DNA of 64,000 bases from Azolla caroliniana. Taxonomy: Eukaryota; Plantae; Polypodiophyta. Below the pieces are notes generated by a model that saw only the letters and a list, made by a program, of their open reading frames with translations, had not been told where the DNA came from and made no database searches. Of the stretch, positions 23,201-37,800 are shown in pieces (position 1 is the first letter of the stretch; every line of letters starts with the position of its first letter). Where the stretch lies: the NCBI GenBank assembly GCA_043228905.1, contig JBHGNT010000049.1, positions 1 through 64,000 of the forward strand, given 5' to 3'. Position numbers and translations under genes: made by a program.

Positions 23201-26200
23201 TTCTAAAGTTTCGTTAAACTCTTGAATATCTTCCTTGGCTTTGGTTTTGCCTTCTAGAATTACTTGTTTAGTTTCATATGTTGTCTTTAGTCTCTCCTCA
23301 TTCGACCTTTATATAAATGTAGTTGTGAGTAAAGTGGCCAATTTCTCATAATATTTGTATATGTTGGCTTCCTTCCTAATGCATGTATTGTCGAGTGGTT
23401 TTCTAATGGAATACATGATTATTCATTTTGTTGCCTACTTGCATTGATGACATTCAAAGATGAAGTCATGCATCACATACTTTCCTTCTTCTTCACTACT
23501 AGATGCTGAATGGGTGCAAATGGAAGGTTAACAATTCCTACTTTCTCCCTCATGTGTATTCTCTAGTGTTGATAGAGCAATGTGAGAGCATCAATTCTTA
23601 ATGGAATTAACTTTTAATGTAACCATATAGGTGAGTGTGTTTGATGAAAAGTGAGTGACTAATGAGCTCATAAAACAATTTAAGTTTGTTCCAAAATATA
23701 TACAAAATAAAAAATAAAACTTTTCAAGTTATGGTTTCTACCCATTGGGTTGTGGATTCAATTATTCAATATAGGCATATATGTTTGCAAGGGTTGTTCA
23801 ACTTGTTATAAACAGCCCATTAGAACACTCAATTAATCCTTCCTTGAGGAATAGAACCATAATGTAATGATGTTTCTGAATCACCACTCCCTCAACTTGG
23901 AATCATTCTTTTGTGATCATAGATTGACGCTCATGTTGGTTAGAAGAGTGGTGTTCAACTTGCAAGTATTAATCATGTGGGAGAAGGGTGGTCCAACCAA
24001 AAAACAAAAGTGACCAAAGCTTAAGCAATTTTGATACCCCCCTAGTTTTGATTCATGTTTATAGAGATCAATTTTTATGATTAGGCGAACACATACACAT
24101 CCACATCATAGCTACATTAAGTTCAAGGTCAAAAACTTAAAGTCTTGAGATATGTCATAGACTCATAGGTCTATCATCAATTATAGAAAAAACATTATCT
24201 TGTGAGATTTGTAAGCATGCATGCATATCTAAGCATATTCAATTAACGAATAGATCAAAGGGTAAAGGAAAGGCGCTCCCATAGTGCTTGTAAAACATTC
24301 ATGGCACATGCCTATAACATGACCAATCTCTAATTATTTGTGATTGAGGGTTATACAAGTCAATTCATAAAGTCATCTAACTATTTCAATTAATGAAACT
24401 ACAACACAAGGTCACTCAACATCCACTATTCCTATATATATCTCACAAAAAGGAATGTTCAATTGGCCCATGCTTTTGACACTGCTATTTGAGGTTATGC
24501 ATGTCATCGACATGCATGCACACAAGAACTAGGTTAGGCTTGAAGAAAATGAAACAATTCTTACAAATGATTTCGTTGCAATTTTTATGAAGGTTTATAA
24601 AGGTTTCATTCATTGATCAAACACTTGGTTTTAGATTAGGGTATTTACAATGGTCGTGTGTTCTTTGATCACAAGACCTTATTAGAAAACCACTTAATAA
24701 CTACTTGAGATATGTTTTTATGTAAAACCATATAACTTGTTGAGTTGTGTCTTCAAATATTCTTGTGATAATGTATTAATAAGTTGACTCCAGTCTTCAT
24801 GTATGTATAATTTTCTATTTAAGAGCTTATAAACAATATCATCACATCATCAGACAATGGGCATAGGATATTAATGTGAAACAAATTCCAAAACTCGTTG
24901 TTATTGACAACTAAACAATTTATCTTGTTAGATAAGTTAGTTAACATGAAACTACCAAGAAAGTAGTACATAACAATGTCATAATGGGAGACGTAAAAGT
25001 GGTTGTTTATGGGTAGCTAATGATGTAGGGTCAACTCTACCCATTTATTGTATATCATTGTTGTAGGGTCAACTCTCTTGATTGAAAATCAACGCCACCA
25101 ATGTTAAACATTGCCTAATCCACGTCAAATTCTGTCCTCCACGAAGCCACACATGTTTATCTACAGATATAACACTAGTTGAATTGCAATATTTTATGTT
25201 CCATCCTAGACCCACACACATCACACAGTAAGTAAGAGTTTATTTCTTCTATATTACTTCACTTATGCACCATTAACCTCTAAAATGATTCAATAGGTTA
25301 AAATGATTCAATAGTTTCCATAGATCTCGCAGTATAACTCGCCTTTTCTCACACCTAGACCTACAATGTTAGTAACTTTTTGTTTTCTATATGTCAATAT
25401 AATGAGATGTGTATGTACATTGTGACTATAATCTAGACTTAGTAGCCAAGTACTTTTCTTGACCAAGGGAGCCAAGATTCTAGACCATCTCATAAATGCA
25501 ATGATTGTTGGCATTGAAGATGAATGCTCAAAAAAGTTGTGATGCCAGTGACACAAAATAAAAACAATCCACACTTTCTCTTTGAGTTTTGTTTTTTCCT
25601 TTAAAGTTTTAAGTACACAATGTGGACAAGCTATCTATAGTCGTTATGGATCGAGTGTCTTAAGGCCACATTTTGTATGATCACGATGTATATTATGGTA
25701 CTATGGATGCATGTGAGGTGAGAATGAGAGGGCATCGATTTGTCAATGCCAGCAACATGATAAAGGCACAAGATGGCTCGTGAAAATTGGACAGCTTGTA
25801 CAGAAGTGAAATATGTCGTGCTCCGAAAAGGTAACATATATTGCAAGAAAAAATAAATAGAAGACCTAAATGAGACACGTATATTCTTTTAATGCAAATA
25901 AAAGGGTGAGAGCAAGCGTGAACCGACTTTGATCTATGCATTATTATATAAAGGGCTTTACAAGAGAAGATGTGCATTTTGTCGAGGATAAGTAACCTAG
26001 ATAGACCTTACCAAAACATTGGTTGGATATTTGCATCTAGAGAGAGATATAGTAGAGAATGTGTGAATTGAACAATCAAGTGATCAATACATAGAAGAAT
26101 CTAGACCAACCCATAGAAATTGAAGATACCCCCTCCATCTGGAATGTTGCTCTAGCCCACAAAGGCCAAGGCAAATGTAAGGATAAGCGCCATTAGGATG

Positions 26201-26451
26201 TAACAAACAAGAAAGGCATACAATTGCTTGTGATGGTGATGATGAGGACAAGGACAAGGATGATGATGAGAATGTACATGAAACTTATGTGTGTGTCATT
26301 ATAGGTGTTGATGATGTATGGTTCCTAGTAACCAAAGAACATTTTTTGTGGTTTACTAAGTTAGTGGAGAGTCTATCATATACATATGTGAGTGTGTACT
26401 AATAAGGGGTATAAGGTAGAATTTAAGAAAGAGTATCTAGAGGAAAGATTT

Positions 26452-28171
26452 ATGGGAAGATCTCCATTGAGTCGTGAATCCACGAAGAAGAAAGCAGTAG
26501 TTGAAGCAGAAGAGGAGGAGGAGGTGATGGTGAAAAGGGGTGCTTGGACAAGTGAAGAGGATGAGAAGCTCATTTCTTTCATCCAAAAACACCATGGTCA
26601 TGGCACCTGGAAAACCCTCCCTAAATTAGCTGGTATGTCACTTACTACTCAATTCAACTTATATCTATCCATCTATCTATCTCTATATACATATCTATCT
26701 ATATGTATGTATTAAACCCATCAATCTTCAATCTAAATTATAGGAATATAAACCAGGCTCATTCATTGCTTTGATTTTTCTAAAAATCCATCTGAATCCC
26801 AATCTAAATCTCCATTTCTAAGTCATTTGATGATTGATCCCAAATATAATAATAATAATAGTTATAATGACAAGAATATAGGAATAATGTGTAGGGTTGC
26901 AGAGATGTGGGAAGAGCTGCAGACTGAGGTGGACCAATTACCTGAGGCCCGACATTCGGCGATGCGGCTTCTCGTTGGCCGAGGAGCGCACCATCATCCA
27001 TCTCCACAGCTTATTGGGCAACAGGTGCATAAGAAAAGAAACACAACTCATTTTCACCCCCAATTCATTCATGCATTTGCATTTGCATTGCATTCATAAC
27101 TAATATAAGCTATAGCTTAAAACCTCCTCCTACTTTATTATTGACCTACTACTCCACCTATGCTTGATTCCTTTCCTTCGCCAAAGTCATGATTTAGTCA
27201 TGTATTCTTATAAGCATGATCTTATTAGGATTGATTGATTCAACTTGAGCAGGTGGTCCGGCATTGCTTCTCATTTGTCGGGGCGAACAGATAATGATGT
27301 GAAGAATCACTGGAACACACACTTGAAGAAGCGGCTTCTGCGGGCCGGCATTGATCCGGAGACCCACAAACCCATCAGCAGCATGAGAACTTGGCCTTCT
27401 GCGTGCCAACAAACGCGAGAAAACATTGTAGCGAGTAGGAACCAACTGGACCCTTCAGCTATCAGCCACATGCTCCAATGGGAACTTGTTAGGCTGGAAG
27501 CAGAGTCCAAGCTGGCATCCACTGCCAACTCCACCACAAGTGATGGTCCATATCATCATCAATCCTCAACAGGTCTCCATCATCAGGCACCGCAGCATGA
27601 GCCCATCTTTCATCACTCCTCCACCCATGCATCACCCAATCCAAATTCAAATACAGTGACAATCCAGGTGTTACAAAATTTGAGTACTCACAATTCTAGC
27701 CACGCTTGGGATTCTGAGATTAGTCACGAACAATCTCCTACAGGTCTATGCCCATCAATCATTCATCGTTCCATTCAAGGATCTGATCCAGACAATATAA
27801 TTAACCACAATCAATTCGATTTAGACAATATATGTGGCACCCGATTGCTATCGAATGATCAAACGCAATCTATAATTCCAGCACCTAATCAACAATCCTG
27901 TGAAATGGATTCGTTGCAGATGAATAGCTGCAGTGGCTCTACTTCAACTAATTATAATAATACAAGTACAGTCACAACACCGGATTATCAATGCACTACT
28001 AGCATGAGAAGCGAGGAAAGTATTAATCAATCACTGCCAATCGATAATAGTCCAGCTGCTTCTGATTTGATGTCAAGTCTTATACCTAGCCTAGTGTCAT
28101 GTGAAGATAACATTAAAGATTACTGGGCTACTTTACTAAGACTGCTTAGCCATGCTCCAAGCAAATCTTAA
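26452..28171 (+). CDS. R2R3-MYB transcription factor, MIXTA-like (subgroup 9); exons 26452-26632, 26895-27024, 27253-28171; 409 aa
   Basis: MGRSP...[13 protein letters not shown]...LPKLAG|[20 protein letters not shown]...LLGNR|[28 protein letters not shown]. Canonical R2R3 intron positions with a 130-bp exon 2 and GT-AG sites. GIDPETHKP and [17 protein letters not shown] resemble the subgroup-9 motif HMAQWESARLEAEARL. Confidence 0.93.
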
Positions 28172-28846
28172 TTCAACACACATCTTAATTCAAACCCTAC
28201 ATCTCCAACTGTACTTCATCAGTCAAGAATAAGTTCTTTTAAGGATGTGTAGATTGAAAATCCTCGTTCCATAATTTTAATCGTAAATATATATACAATC
28301 GGCTACAAAACTTTCATAGTTCTATAATAGATCTTAGATGACGTTCAAACGATTATAAAACTGAAAATTCTATACCTCTCAAAACAAGAAAGATGAAGCG
28401 TCCCTTATCACAAGAATTCTAGCAGTTTAGGATTGGAAAGACTTCCAGATTACAAGGCTTTCTTTTTCCACAGGTATGACTTTGCAAGTTTTTTAGACAC
28501 AGTCAAAAACTCTTGGGTTGAAATGGTTTTCTTTTTCAAAAATTGCCAAAATTCTTGCATGTGAAAATAATTGTTCATCTGATTATTTTACACTGCAATG
28601 GAACAAAAAATATATACATGGACCATCATATTGTTCTCAAGTGGGAAAACTTCTTTGAATGTTTAACATTAACTCTGTGAGAAGATTCTTATTTTTTACA
28701 CGTAGAATCTCCAAATCAAATATCCTACCAATATATTTTGCTGGACTGGACATAATGTAACTTCGAGTAGCTTTTCAATTAGACCCACATACATCATCCC
28801 TTCTGGATTCCTGAAAAAATAAGATTGCGAAAACATTGCCCAAGTG

Positions 28847-31800
28847 CTACTCTTTTGGAACATCTCTGCACAAAATCTTTTGTTGCCGATACACATCCTC
28901 ATAATCAATAACACCCTGTAAGTTGAGAAAATTTGAAACCATAAATGAATTTTGAGATTAACATCACAGTTTTGAAATCACAATAAATTCAGATTTAACA
29001 GTGTGAGAGATAAGATTTATCTATACAATCTAACCTTAAGTATTGCTATTGCTGAAGGCTTATTTAATACCTCATTATACTCACTGCATGTGAAGTACTG
29101 CAAATCCAGAAAGCCACGTTTTTACTTTTTTTTGTGATGATTGAAAATTTTGACAAATAAAAAATGTGAATTTCAGCTTTTGACTTTTACATGTAGAGAT
29201 CATTTTATGATGATCACACAATTTCAACAGATAATTCAACGTTAAATTCAACCTTTATTTATGCATACAGATCTCTAAGTTAAAAGAGTACAAACGCACC
29301 TGGACACAACATGGACAGCCCTCATCAAATGCACATTCACATGAAAGAATTAGGTCTAATGCAGCCTGCAATAGTTCTGCAAATAAAAGCTGTGCCTGTA
29401 CTTTTGGGATGTTAACAAGGTCTTGAATATTATAGCATATTTAAGCATGTTAAAATATAAAGAAAATATCCTTTGTCTTTGATGTTGTCTCGCATGGAAA
29501 AGCATGCATTTCTTGTTACACAAGTAAAATTTAAGCCTGTTAGACAATGTACTCACTGTTGTCATTTTTTATAAGTTTTTTTAGTGCAAATCCTCAATTA
29601 GAAGAGAAAGGAAAAGTATTGTAACCGTGAATAGGATTACCTGTGCTGAAATTCCAATACCTCCTCGATGCCGGTCAAACACAAGGAGCCGCTCCGGAAA
29701 ATATCTTGTATCATGAGGATTTGCACATTCTGTACCCAGATCCGAGGAGTTGCATAATATATATCTGGGTTGAAAAACATTCATATTAAGAATAAATTGG
29801 TAAGGATATACTCAACAACTTCATTAAACTAGGAAATAGAGAAGCCCTAGCTAAAAAATGTGCTCAGGAAAAGAAGAAATGAGTATTCCTTGCTAAACGT
29901 TTTATGGGAGCTCGAGAAATGAGTGCCCCTTGATTCACAGACCTAAAATGTAAACATTGAACTGAAACAGGGTTGCTGGAACATCTTTTAATCCCTTTAA
30001 TCAGCATTTTCAGGAACCAGAGATCATTGATTAAACTAGTTAGACACTGGAGATACATAGTTAAAAGGTCAAATGATGACGGGGAAGAAGCCAAGAGAGC
30101 ATGTATTAATATCTGAATTATGCATTCCATAGCTAGGATCAATGGCTTTGATCTTTTCAAAAGAGTGTAGAAAAGATGGCTTACTGACATTATTAATCTA
30201 CTCTAATAAACCTCACTCACCAAAAAAATCCTTAATTAGTAATACAAGCTCCTATACAACATATAAGTCCTTAACACAAACTTCCATACTAACTAAAGAT
30301 TGTCTTAAATCAAGTAGCATTCCAGCTAATCGAAACCAACAAAATAATTGTATTACTGAATATTACAAATACGATAAGGTTTTAAAAGATGAACTGAAAA
30401 TGGATGATCTTGGTCATTTATGAAATAATGATTGGTTTCGTCGCATTGTTGCGTTGCAGAAACAGACTAGTTGGTCTGCTTAGTGAGGGATTCACTCCCT
30501 AGTGAAGATATATCCAGAGACGAGACTGAGAGGATTCAGCCATTGGAATACGCCTAGGATTCCCCCTCGGAGGGAAGTAGAGTACTTTTCTCTCACTAAG
30601 TGAGTAGTAAAGGAAGGATATGCTAGATGAGGTTCTCTGTGGAGACGAGAGGTCTTCTAAACCTTAAGTATAGGTTCGAATCCTATTGGATGTAGTTGCC
30701 TTCCTTATAGGTATAGCCATGCGTGTGTGGAGAACGTGGCTGGAGAGCTGGAAATCTCCATGCTCTCCACCCACTCACGCAAAAAAAAAAATAGCTAGTT
30801 ACTTCCTCATCCAGCATATTACAAATACGATAAGGTTTTAAAAGATGAACTGAAAATGGACGATCTTGGTCATTTATGAAATAATGATTGGTGGATGTAA
30901 ACTACGTTGGTGGTTGAATAATGAATCTGAGGAAGAGAGTTTAGCTTCATCAATAGAGTCTCAATAGCATCTCAAGTTATCATAATGAAGGGGGTAGTTA
31001 GACCCCTTAATATAGCTCAACATTTAAGACTCTTACATCACCACGTGTTCCTATGTGTCATAATTCCATATGGGTTAGCTCAAGTTAGATTTAAGCACAT
31101 ACTCTTTCTCCCAAGTGGCATCATGTACCATTTGATCCAACCATTTAATTTTGAATTCTTGAATTTGTTTAGTTCGAGAATCAAATTTGTTTTTTGCCAA
31201 ATGAGGTTTAGAAGATAAATCCTAATGAGTTACCAGATCTTTTATGGTTACTATATTGTCATCCAAACCGATAAGTTCTTTGATGTGACTTAACATAGAA
31301 AACAAGATGAACATCGAAACCATCAAGATGATCAAGACGATATGCAAATGAACAATATGCTTTAGGATTGTGAAACTTCCATAACAACATGGAGCTAATT
31401 TCGCACACCAAAGTTTCAGAATTAGGAGGTACTCGTAAGGAGACTTTTTTACCATGGTTAAGAATACATTCGATAATATAATTATGCATGTAGGCCAGAA
31501 AAAGTTTAGAACAAGTGTTCAATGTATTCCAAGGTGATCGGCTAAGGGTGTATCATGATACTCGGAAGGAATTTTCTTCTTTACTTGAGGGAGATCTAGA
31601 ACACAAACCTCCCCATTACAATAGAGTAGACCTTAGAAATTTGAAAGATAAACTTTAAGGGTATGGTGATTTTAGTTGCATCTTTACCAGATTTTGCTCT
31701 CATCTAGTGTTTTTTTAAAACATTGGCATTCAAGGTATTTCCCCTAAAGTTGATAAAAAAGATCAGGTCTTAATTCAATGAAGATAAGTTAACTTTATGA

Positions 31801-34800
31801 TACCAAATATTACAGATCGAACTAATGGTAAGCACAAAATAAGAGATTAACAAGAAGAACGGATGAAGGGCACTTAACCACACTGACCACCTCTGAGCAA
31901 AGGATATAAAGACAAACATAAAATACCATTAAATAAAAAAATTCTAAGAAGAAAGCCCGGCCTCATCAATATTGTAGAGAGCATCTAGAGATGTTATTAT
32001 TAAGGGGGTAGATAGTTCCCTTTATATAGCTCAACACTGGCTTCCAGACCACAATGTGTTCCCATGTGTCATAGGTCCATATGGGTTTGTTCCAAATCCT
32101 AATAACCAGCAACATTATTCAAAGAAACAAATTTGCATACTTCATGCATTTTCAACCACCTCCCTTCTAGAATAGAATAGAACAGAGTAGATGTTTTATC
32201 ATCCATGGGGAGCCCAATTTTGATCTATGGGACTGAATCAACATAACATATTGTGTGTGTCTCCTTCCTAAGAAAGAGGGTTACTACACTACAGTAAAAA
32301 ATCTCTATGAGAATATAATGCACACACATATGTGCTCACCCTTCTTGGTGGACATCTGAGTATGACAGTTACATTATCATACCCGCCTAATAAGTCATTG
32401 TATTTCTCACGATTTACCTTTTACACTCAGCATGCAATAAGTAGGTGATATTCATCCTCCACTAGGCTTTCATGCATACCTTGCATATCTTCATTATTTG
32501 GGTAATGATGCAATGATGCTACCTCCACACTTAACTTGTATGAGCGAGTTCAAAGAAGTGTTGAGCATCTTCAACAGCCAAAGCTCATGGGGTAGTGAGA
32601 TGTGATTGAATAAGTTCTGACATTGTTACCTTGTATTGAGGCCAACATTTGGGGTTAATGTTTGCAGTGTAACAATCCAATTTTGAATTTTCGAACTTTA
32701 CCACTAGTAATCTATCCTTAGAGGCTCTAGTAACCTATCCTCAATGATTCATATACTTCATGGCATACACTGAGAGCTCCAATAGATCTTTTACTCTCCA
32801 TCTCTTAAACCATTTCATAATGTCAAGCAACCAACCAAATGAGAGGATTTTGCTCTTATTAGCATACTATGTTCCGAGCTTGTTCTGATCGTCTACAATC
32901 AGGCATATCCTCGACTCTTGTGATATACTTGTATACTCGTTGCATGGTTAGTCTCTCTATGGGTCAATCACATGATAGGATAGGATGTTGAGGATTTTAC
33001 CCCCAATTGTCTACATAAGAACATTTTTGGATTTTCTCTATTATATTCCATGCACTAAATGAGATCTTGCCACCCCACACTTCCACTCCATAAAGCAATA
33101 CCACCATAGCATTGAATAGCATCAATCTCACTTCCCATCCTTAAGTATCACATTGATTCTCAAACATATAATAACTATTCCAAACCGAATGAAGTCTAGA
33201 CTCATAGCATACATTCCACCTATTTGAAGCTTTGCACCACTTGTATCATTTTTCGCTTGTATGGAAAAGCAGGGTAGTGTCTTGTTGATTGCCTTTATTG
33301 CAATATGTTTTCTTTTGTCCATGTTAACAACAGTCAGCTCACTGATTAGACAGAATGTGGCCAACACATTAAGTGTTGCATATCATCAAAGTATATGAGA
33401 ACAAAACATCATCGGCATATAGATGAATGTTTAAGAAATAAATGAAAACACCAACATGAGAAATAAGACATGCTTACAAAGGTATCACGTTCAAAAGAGC
33501 ATGTGATGCTGCATGAATGCCAGCCCTAAATGGAAGTTCCTTCTTTTCAAGCTCTTCCTTAACCGTATGAGGTACTCTTATCCATGCAGCCTATAAATAG
33601 AAGACTCACAATAAAATAGGGAAAACCGAAACAGATAAAAACATTTCACCAATCATTCACACTAGAGCCAGGATAGATACCTAACCTGTGACTCGTATGA
33701 ATAACTTGGCAGGAAAAGTTCAACAGAATCAAATGTTTCATTGGTTCCTTGCCAAATACGACGGAACCCAACCCATTGTGTTGTCACTCTACATATGCTA
33801 GCTTGTGCTGTAGTTGGTAAGGATTTATGGCTGACAACTGCCCTCGGATATGCCTACCACAATCATCATTCAAAGTAGCCTTAGAATCATACCTTTTGAT
33901 ATTAGTCATAAGTTAATATGTCTAAGAAATAGCTTGGAAGCAATACTTTCAAATGAATGACTTTCATCAGTTATAGTCTGATGGTTCAATCTTATATTTA
34001 TATCGTACAATAAAGGTGCCTCTCATTCTTTTTAACAAGAAACCTGTGGTGGAGTTACAATCCCAGGAGGAAAGATATATATGGTAGTATATTTGCAACA
34101 ACAATCAGAATAACTTGTGATTGAGGCTAAGAGAGCAGGGAAAATACTATGAATTTTCAAAAAGACAGTCCAAATTTCTGTGGGCATGCAATTAAACTCT
34201 GCAGTGGATAATGTGGACATCTTGTGTCTAGACAACTCATGGCCACTTTAATAACTATTAAGTTCATATATTTTACCTATCTAAATGGGTACATTTCATA
34301 GCCCTTTATTTGAGATATTCCAGGAAAGTTGACTTCTTTTATAATAGTAAAGAAAATTTACCCAAGAAACTTTACTCCACATTTCCACATACCCTCCTTT
34401 TTGAGGATGCATGGTGGAAGAAATATCAAAATAGAGAACTTCACAACGTCAATATGCTATTTTGAAGCTTATAAACTAATGTTTCCAAACATCCAGGATT
34501 GTAAATTTGATTCGTTAATTTTCATACTTGCTTGAATCATTAAAGAGATAGCATTGAGGATTTAAAGGCAAAGTAAGAAAAACTAAAACCTTATCTGGAC
34601 AATTATCATAGAAACATATTCTGAATGTTGAAACAAATCTCAATTTCAATACTTGGAACTGAGACTAGTTCATCGTTACTATCCTTGTATTCACTAATTG
34701 TCTATGGAGCTTACTGAAAAATCACTATAGCTTCTGCTGTAAAAATCTTAGCATTGGACCCTTGTTTTTCATAAACCTTTGATTATTCACAGTTACTATG

Positions 34801-37800
34801 ATCAATTGTGGCTCTTAGGATTCAACGCTACATTGAGGAAACTCTTTAGTCTGGATACTTTGTGCAAGAATATAAGAACCCCAGGTTACTGATAGCAATC
34901 AAATTTTCCTATACTAATGAAAATACAAATGAATAGGTTACCTTAAATCAATCAACACATTTAAATAAGAAAGGTAGCCAAGACTTACAAATTGGCCACC
35001 CAAGATATGTACATCTGTCAAGTCACGGGTTTTAGTGTAGTACTTCACGTCTGCTTCCTGGCAAACAGCTACCTTGGCGGCAAGATCCAATTTCTTCACA
35101 AGATAAGTTCGTCCTTGATTAATATACACAGCACCTTCATATACCTATGATAAAATCTGACTTCAATGCCATATATAATAGAAACCAGGCTCTAATACGA
35201 AAAACACTGTATATCATAGGACTGGAATATAGTTTGTGAAATCAACAGAGAGATATATACATCACCTCAAAGAATGCTTTTCCATCTTCTACCTCCTCGA
35301 TTACTTTATTGGTTGCTTGATTTATTATGGTATACTTTTCCGGATCTATTGCTCGAATGCTCACGGATTGTGCTGGTGATCTCTGCAGGAAACCAAGGGA
35401 TAACATTAGGATCAGTGTGAAAATTTTGATTTCATGTCCAAGATAGCCAAAGTCTCACTTACCTCTTGCCCAATATAATATAAACTATCGTTAGTGGCAT
35501 GGCTCCTTGGTTCACGACCCAAAATCCCCTTCTCCACAAGCCTCATCATACTGGTTTGCAATCCAGAACCAAAAAAATCTGTATCATATCGTACATCCAA
35601 AGGGTATTCCAATGCCGCACAGCCTAGATGTTCATCCAATACCTACATAATCCCAGGAAAGTGTTAGTACATGATAACTCCGAAAGTACAACGTACTATT
35701 AGAAAGAAATGCCTGCCTGAGGATTAGAAGAATCTATTTGCGCATGTTCGATGGCTCGAGAAAATAATTTCTGAGGATGTTTCATAAAGTATTGATCAAG
35801 AGGACCTCCAAAAGCCACATAAATTGATAAGGATGGCTTTTCCCTTCTTCCTGCCCTTCCAGCTTGCTGCCACAAGCTATAAAGATATTTTAATCATTTT
35901 GTTTAAGATATATTCAACATTATTTGACACCATGAACAACCAAAATTATGGTAATCACATTACAATGTTATCAATTAGAGCAGGCATAACCTAAATACAT
36001 GTGTTTACCAATCAAGACAACAAATTATAACGAACTATTCAGCATGCAACAGTTCATATCTACAATGGCTGAGTTGCAGAACAGAGATATGCCACCAGAA
36101 TTGCAGTTGAGATAATATATGGCACGCAACGACAAATTGTCAAACCCCGTTTAATAAAATGTTTCCATTATTTGCACAAAGCACATTATGTAAAAAGAAG
36201 AAGATAGAGAAAGGTGTTTGTGTCGGCTGAAAACATTTTTTGGGCCAGGACCTGAATTTCGTTTTTTGAGCTGAGTTTCATTCTGCAAAATGTTGTAGCA
36301 AGTTGTCCGTTTCAGGAAATTTTGATTGAAATAAGAGTCTTCTTTTGGGTCCTTGAATCAAGCTAGGGCTTGAACGTCATTTCAAGGTGGCCACTATAGC
36401 AATAGTGGGATTGCAACAAACACATAATTTGAGAGGTCTCAAACCCCAATCTGTACATGTGAGAAATATTGGGATTTCACGGTTAATGCAGTAATAAACT
36501 GAGCTACAGATAGGCAATTTAACCATTAGCACCAGATGCTATCAAATAAATCATAATAATCTAGTGACTATATTAGATTTGCTAAGAAATCTGTTTTTTC
36601 AAATTTCTCTTTTTATTTTAACATTAAAATTCTCTATTTTCTAACATGGTTAACTACTATGTATTACCATTATATTGCAAATATTTTGTGTAGCACTAAA
36701 TTACATATGCAGCATTTACACAACATCATAATGAACAATTAAGAATGTTCTAAGACTATTCAACAAACAGCAAAATCGTACCTGGCTATAGTTCCAGGAA
36801 AACCTAAATGAATGGTTGCATCAATGCTGCCAATATCAACACCAAGCTCCAATGCATTTGTGGCTGAAACAGCACGTAACTTCCCAGAGAAAAGTTCACC
36901 CTCAATGTTCCTCCTATCCTAATCCACCAACAGAAATGGATTCTTTTGAGTCGTGGCTTTTCCCCGATCTCCCAAGATTGAGAGATACTTCTACAAAGGA
37001 AAAAAAACTAACATGGGCAGTATAGCCTGCTCGATATGCCCGTATTGAGTCAATAAGTCCTGGGGATGTTTCCTTTAAGGTTTCACGCCTAAAACAACAT
37101 CAATGGACAAGTATTAGTAAGTGAAAAGTCCCAAACTTCATCAGACAAAGAGTTGCATAAAAAAGATTCATTGTGTCGAACGTGTAATTCAGAATAAGTT
37201 CACTGAGTTTCCGTGTGTTGCAGAAGGATATGCACCGCAAGTTATGTTGTACCATCTCTGACAAGAGTGATGACACTTCCACAATGGAACTACAAAAATA
37301 AAAGTAATGTCATAATTCTTAGGATACAAAAGAGTAAGATGAAATGTGGAAGCATTGTGAGCACAATGTTCATGAAGCACTTTGACACAGTTGGGGCTTC
37401 CTAAAAAGGGCGCAAGAAAACAGTATGTAAATAAAATAAGCCAAACCATAGGCTGTTGACATTTTGCACAAGAAAAGCCTAGAAGAGAGAGTTCGTCATT
37501 CAAGAAATTATTCAATTTACCGCTTTACATGTGACATCTTTGCACGGGGGGACTTTTCACTGCAATATTTCACTGAAGGCTATTTAAAGGAAAATTCAAT
37601 CTTGCCTATTGTTACAATGCAGGGATGCAAAAATGTTGTAGAGAAATATTGCAACATTTTAACCTATTTTTCCAAACCAATTTTAATCATAATCTACAAT
37701 TGAAACAACTTAAACAGAAAGTGGCTTACCTGGAACGCTTCGGGTATAATTGTTTTTCTGTTCCCTTCTTATATTTATTTTTCTGTGCATTATCTTGTGC

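Noticed and set aside
26392-26451. Upstream extension of MYB exon 1
   Set aside because: It begins at GTG; the family-typical MGRSP start is at 26452.
30455-30520. Possible group I intron R/S elements (CAGACTAG ... GAAGATATATCCAG) upstream of the tRNA half
   Set aside because: Only a weak resemblance; P/Q elements and a 5' tRNA exon were not found, and the break is not in the anticodon loop.
36070-36420. Possible MITE in an HRQ1 intron
   Set aside because: The inverted termini are too short and no TSD could be identified.
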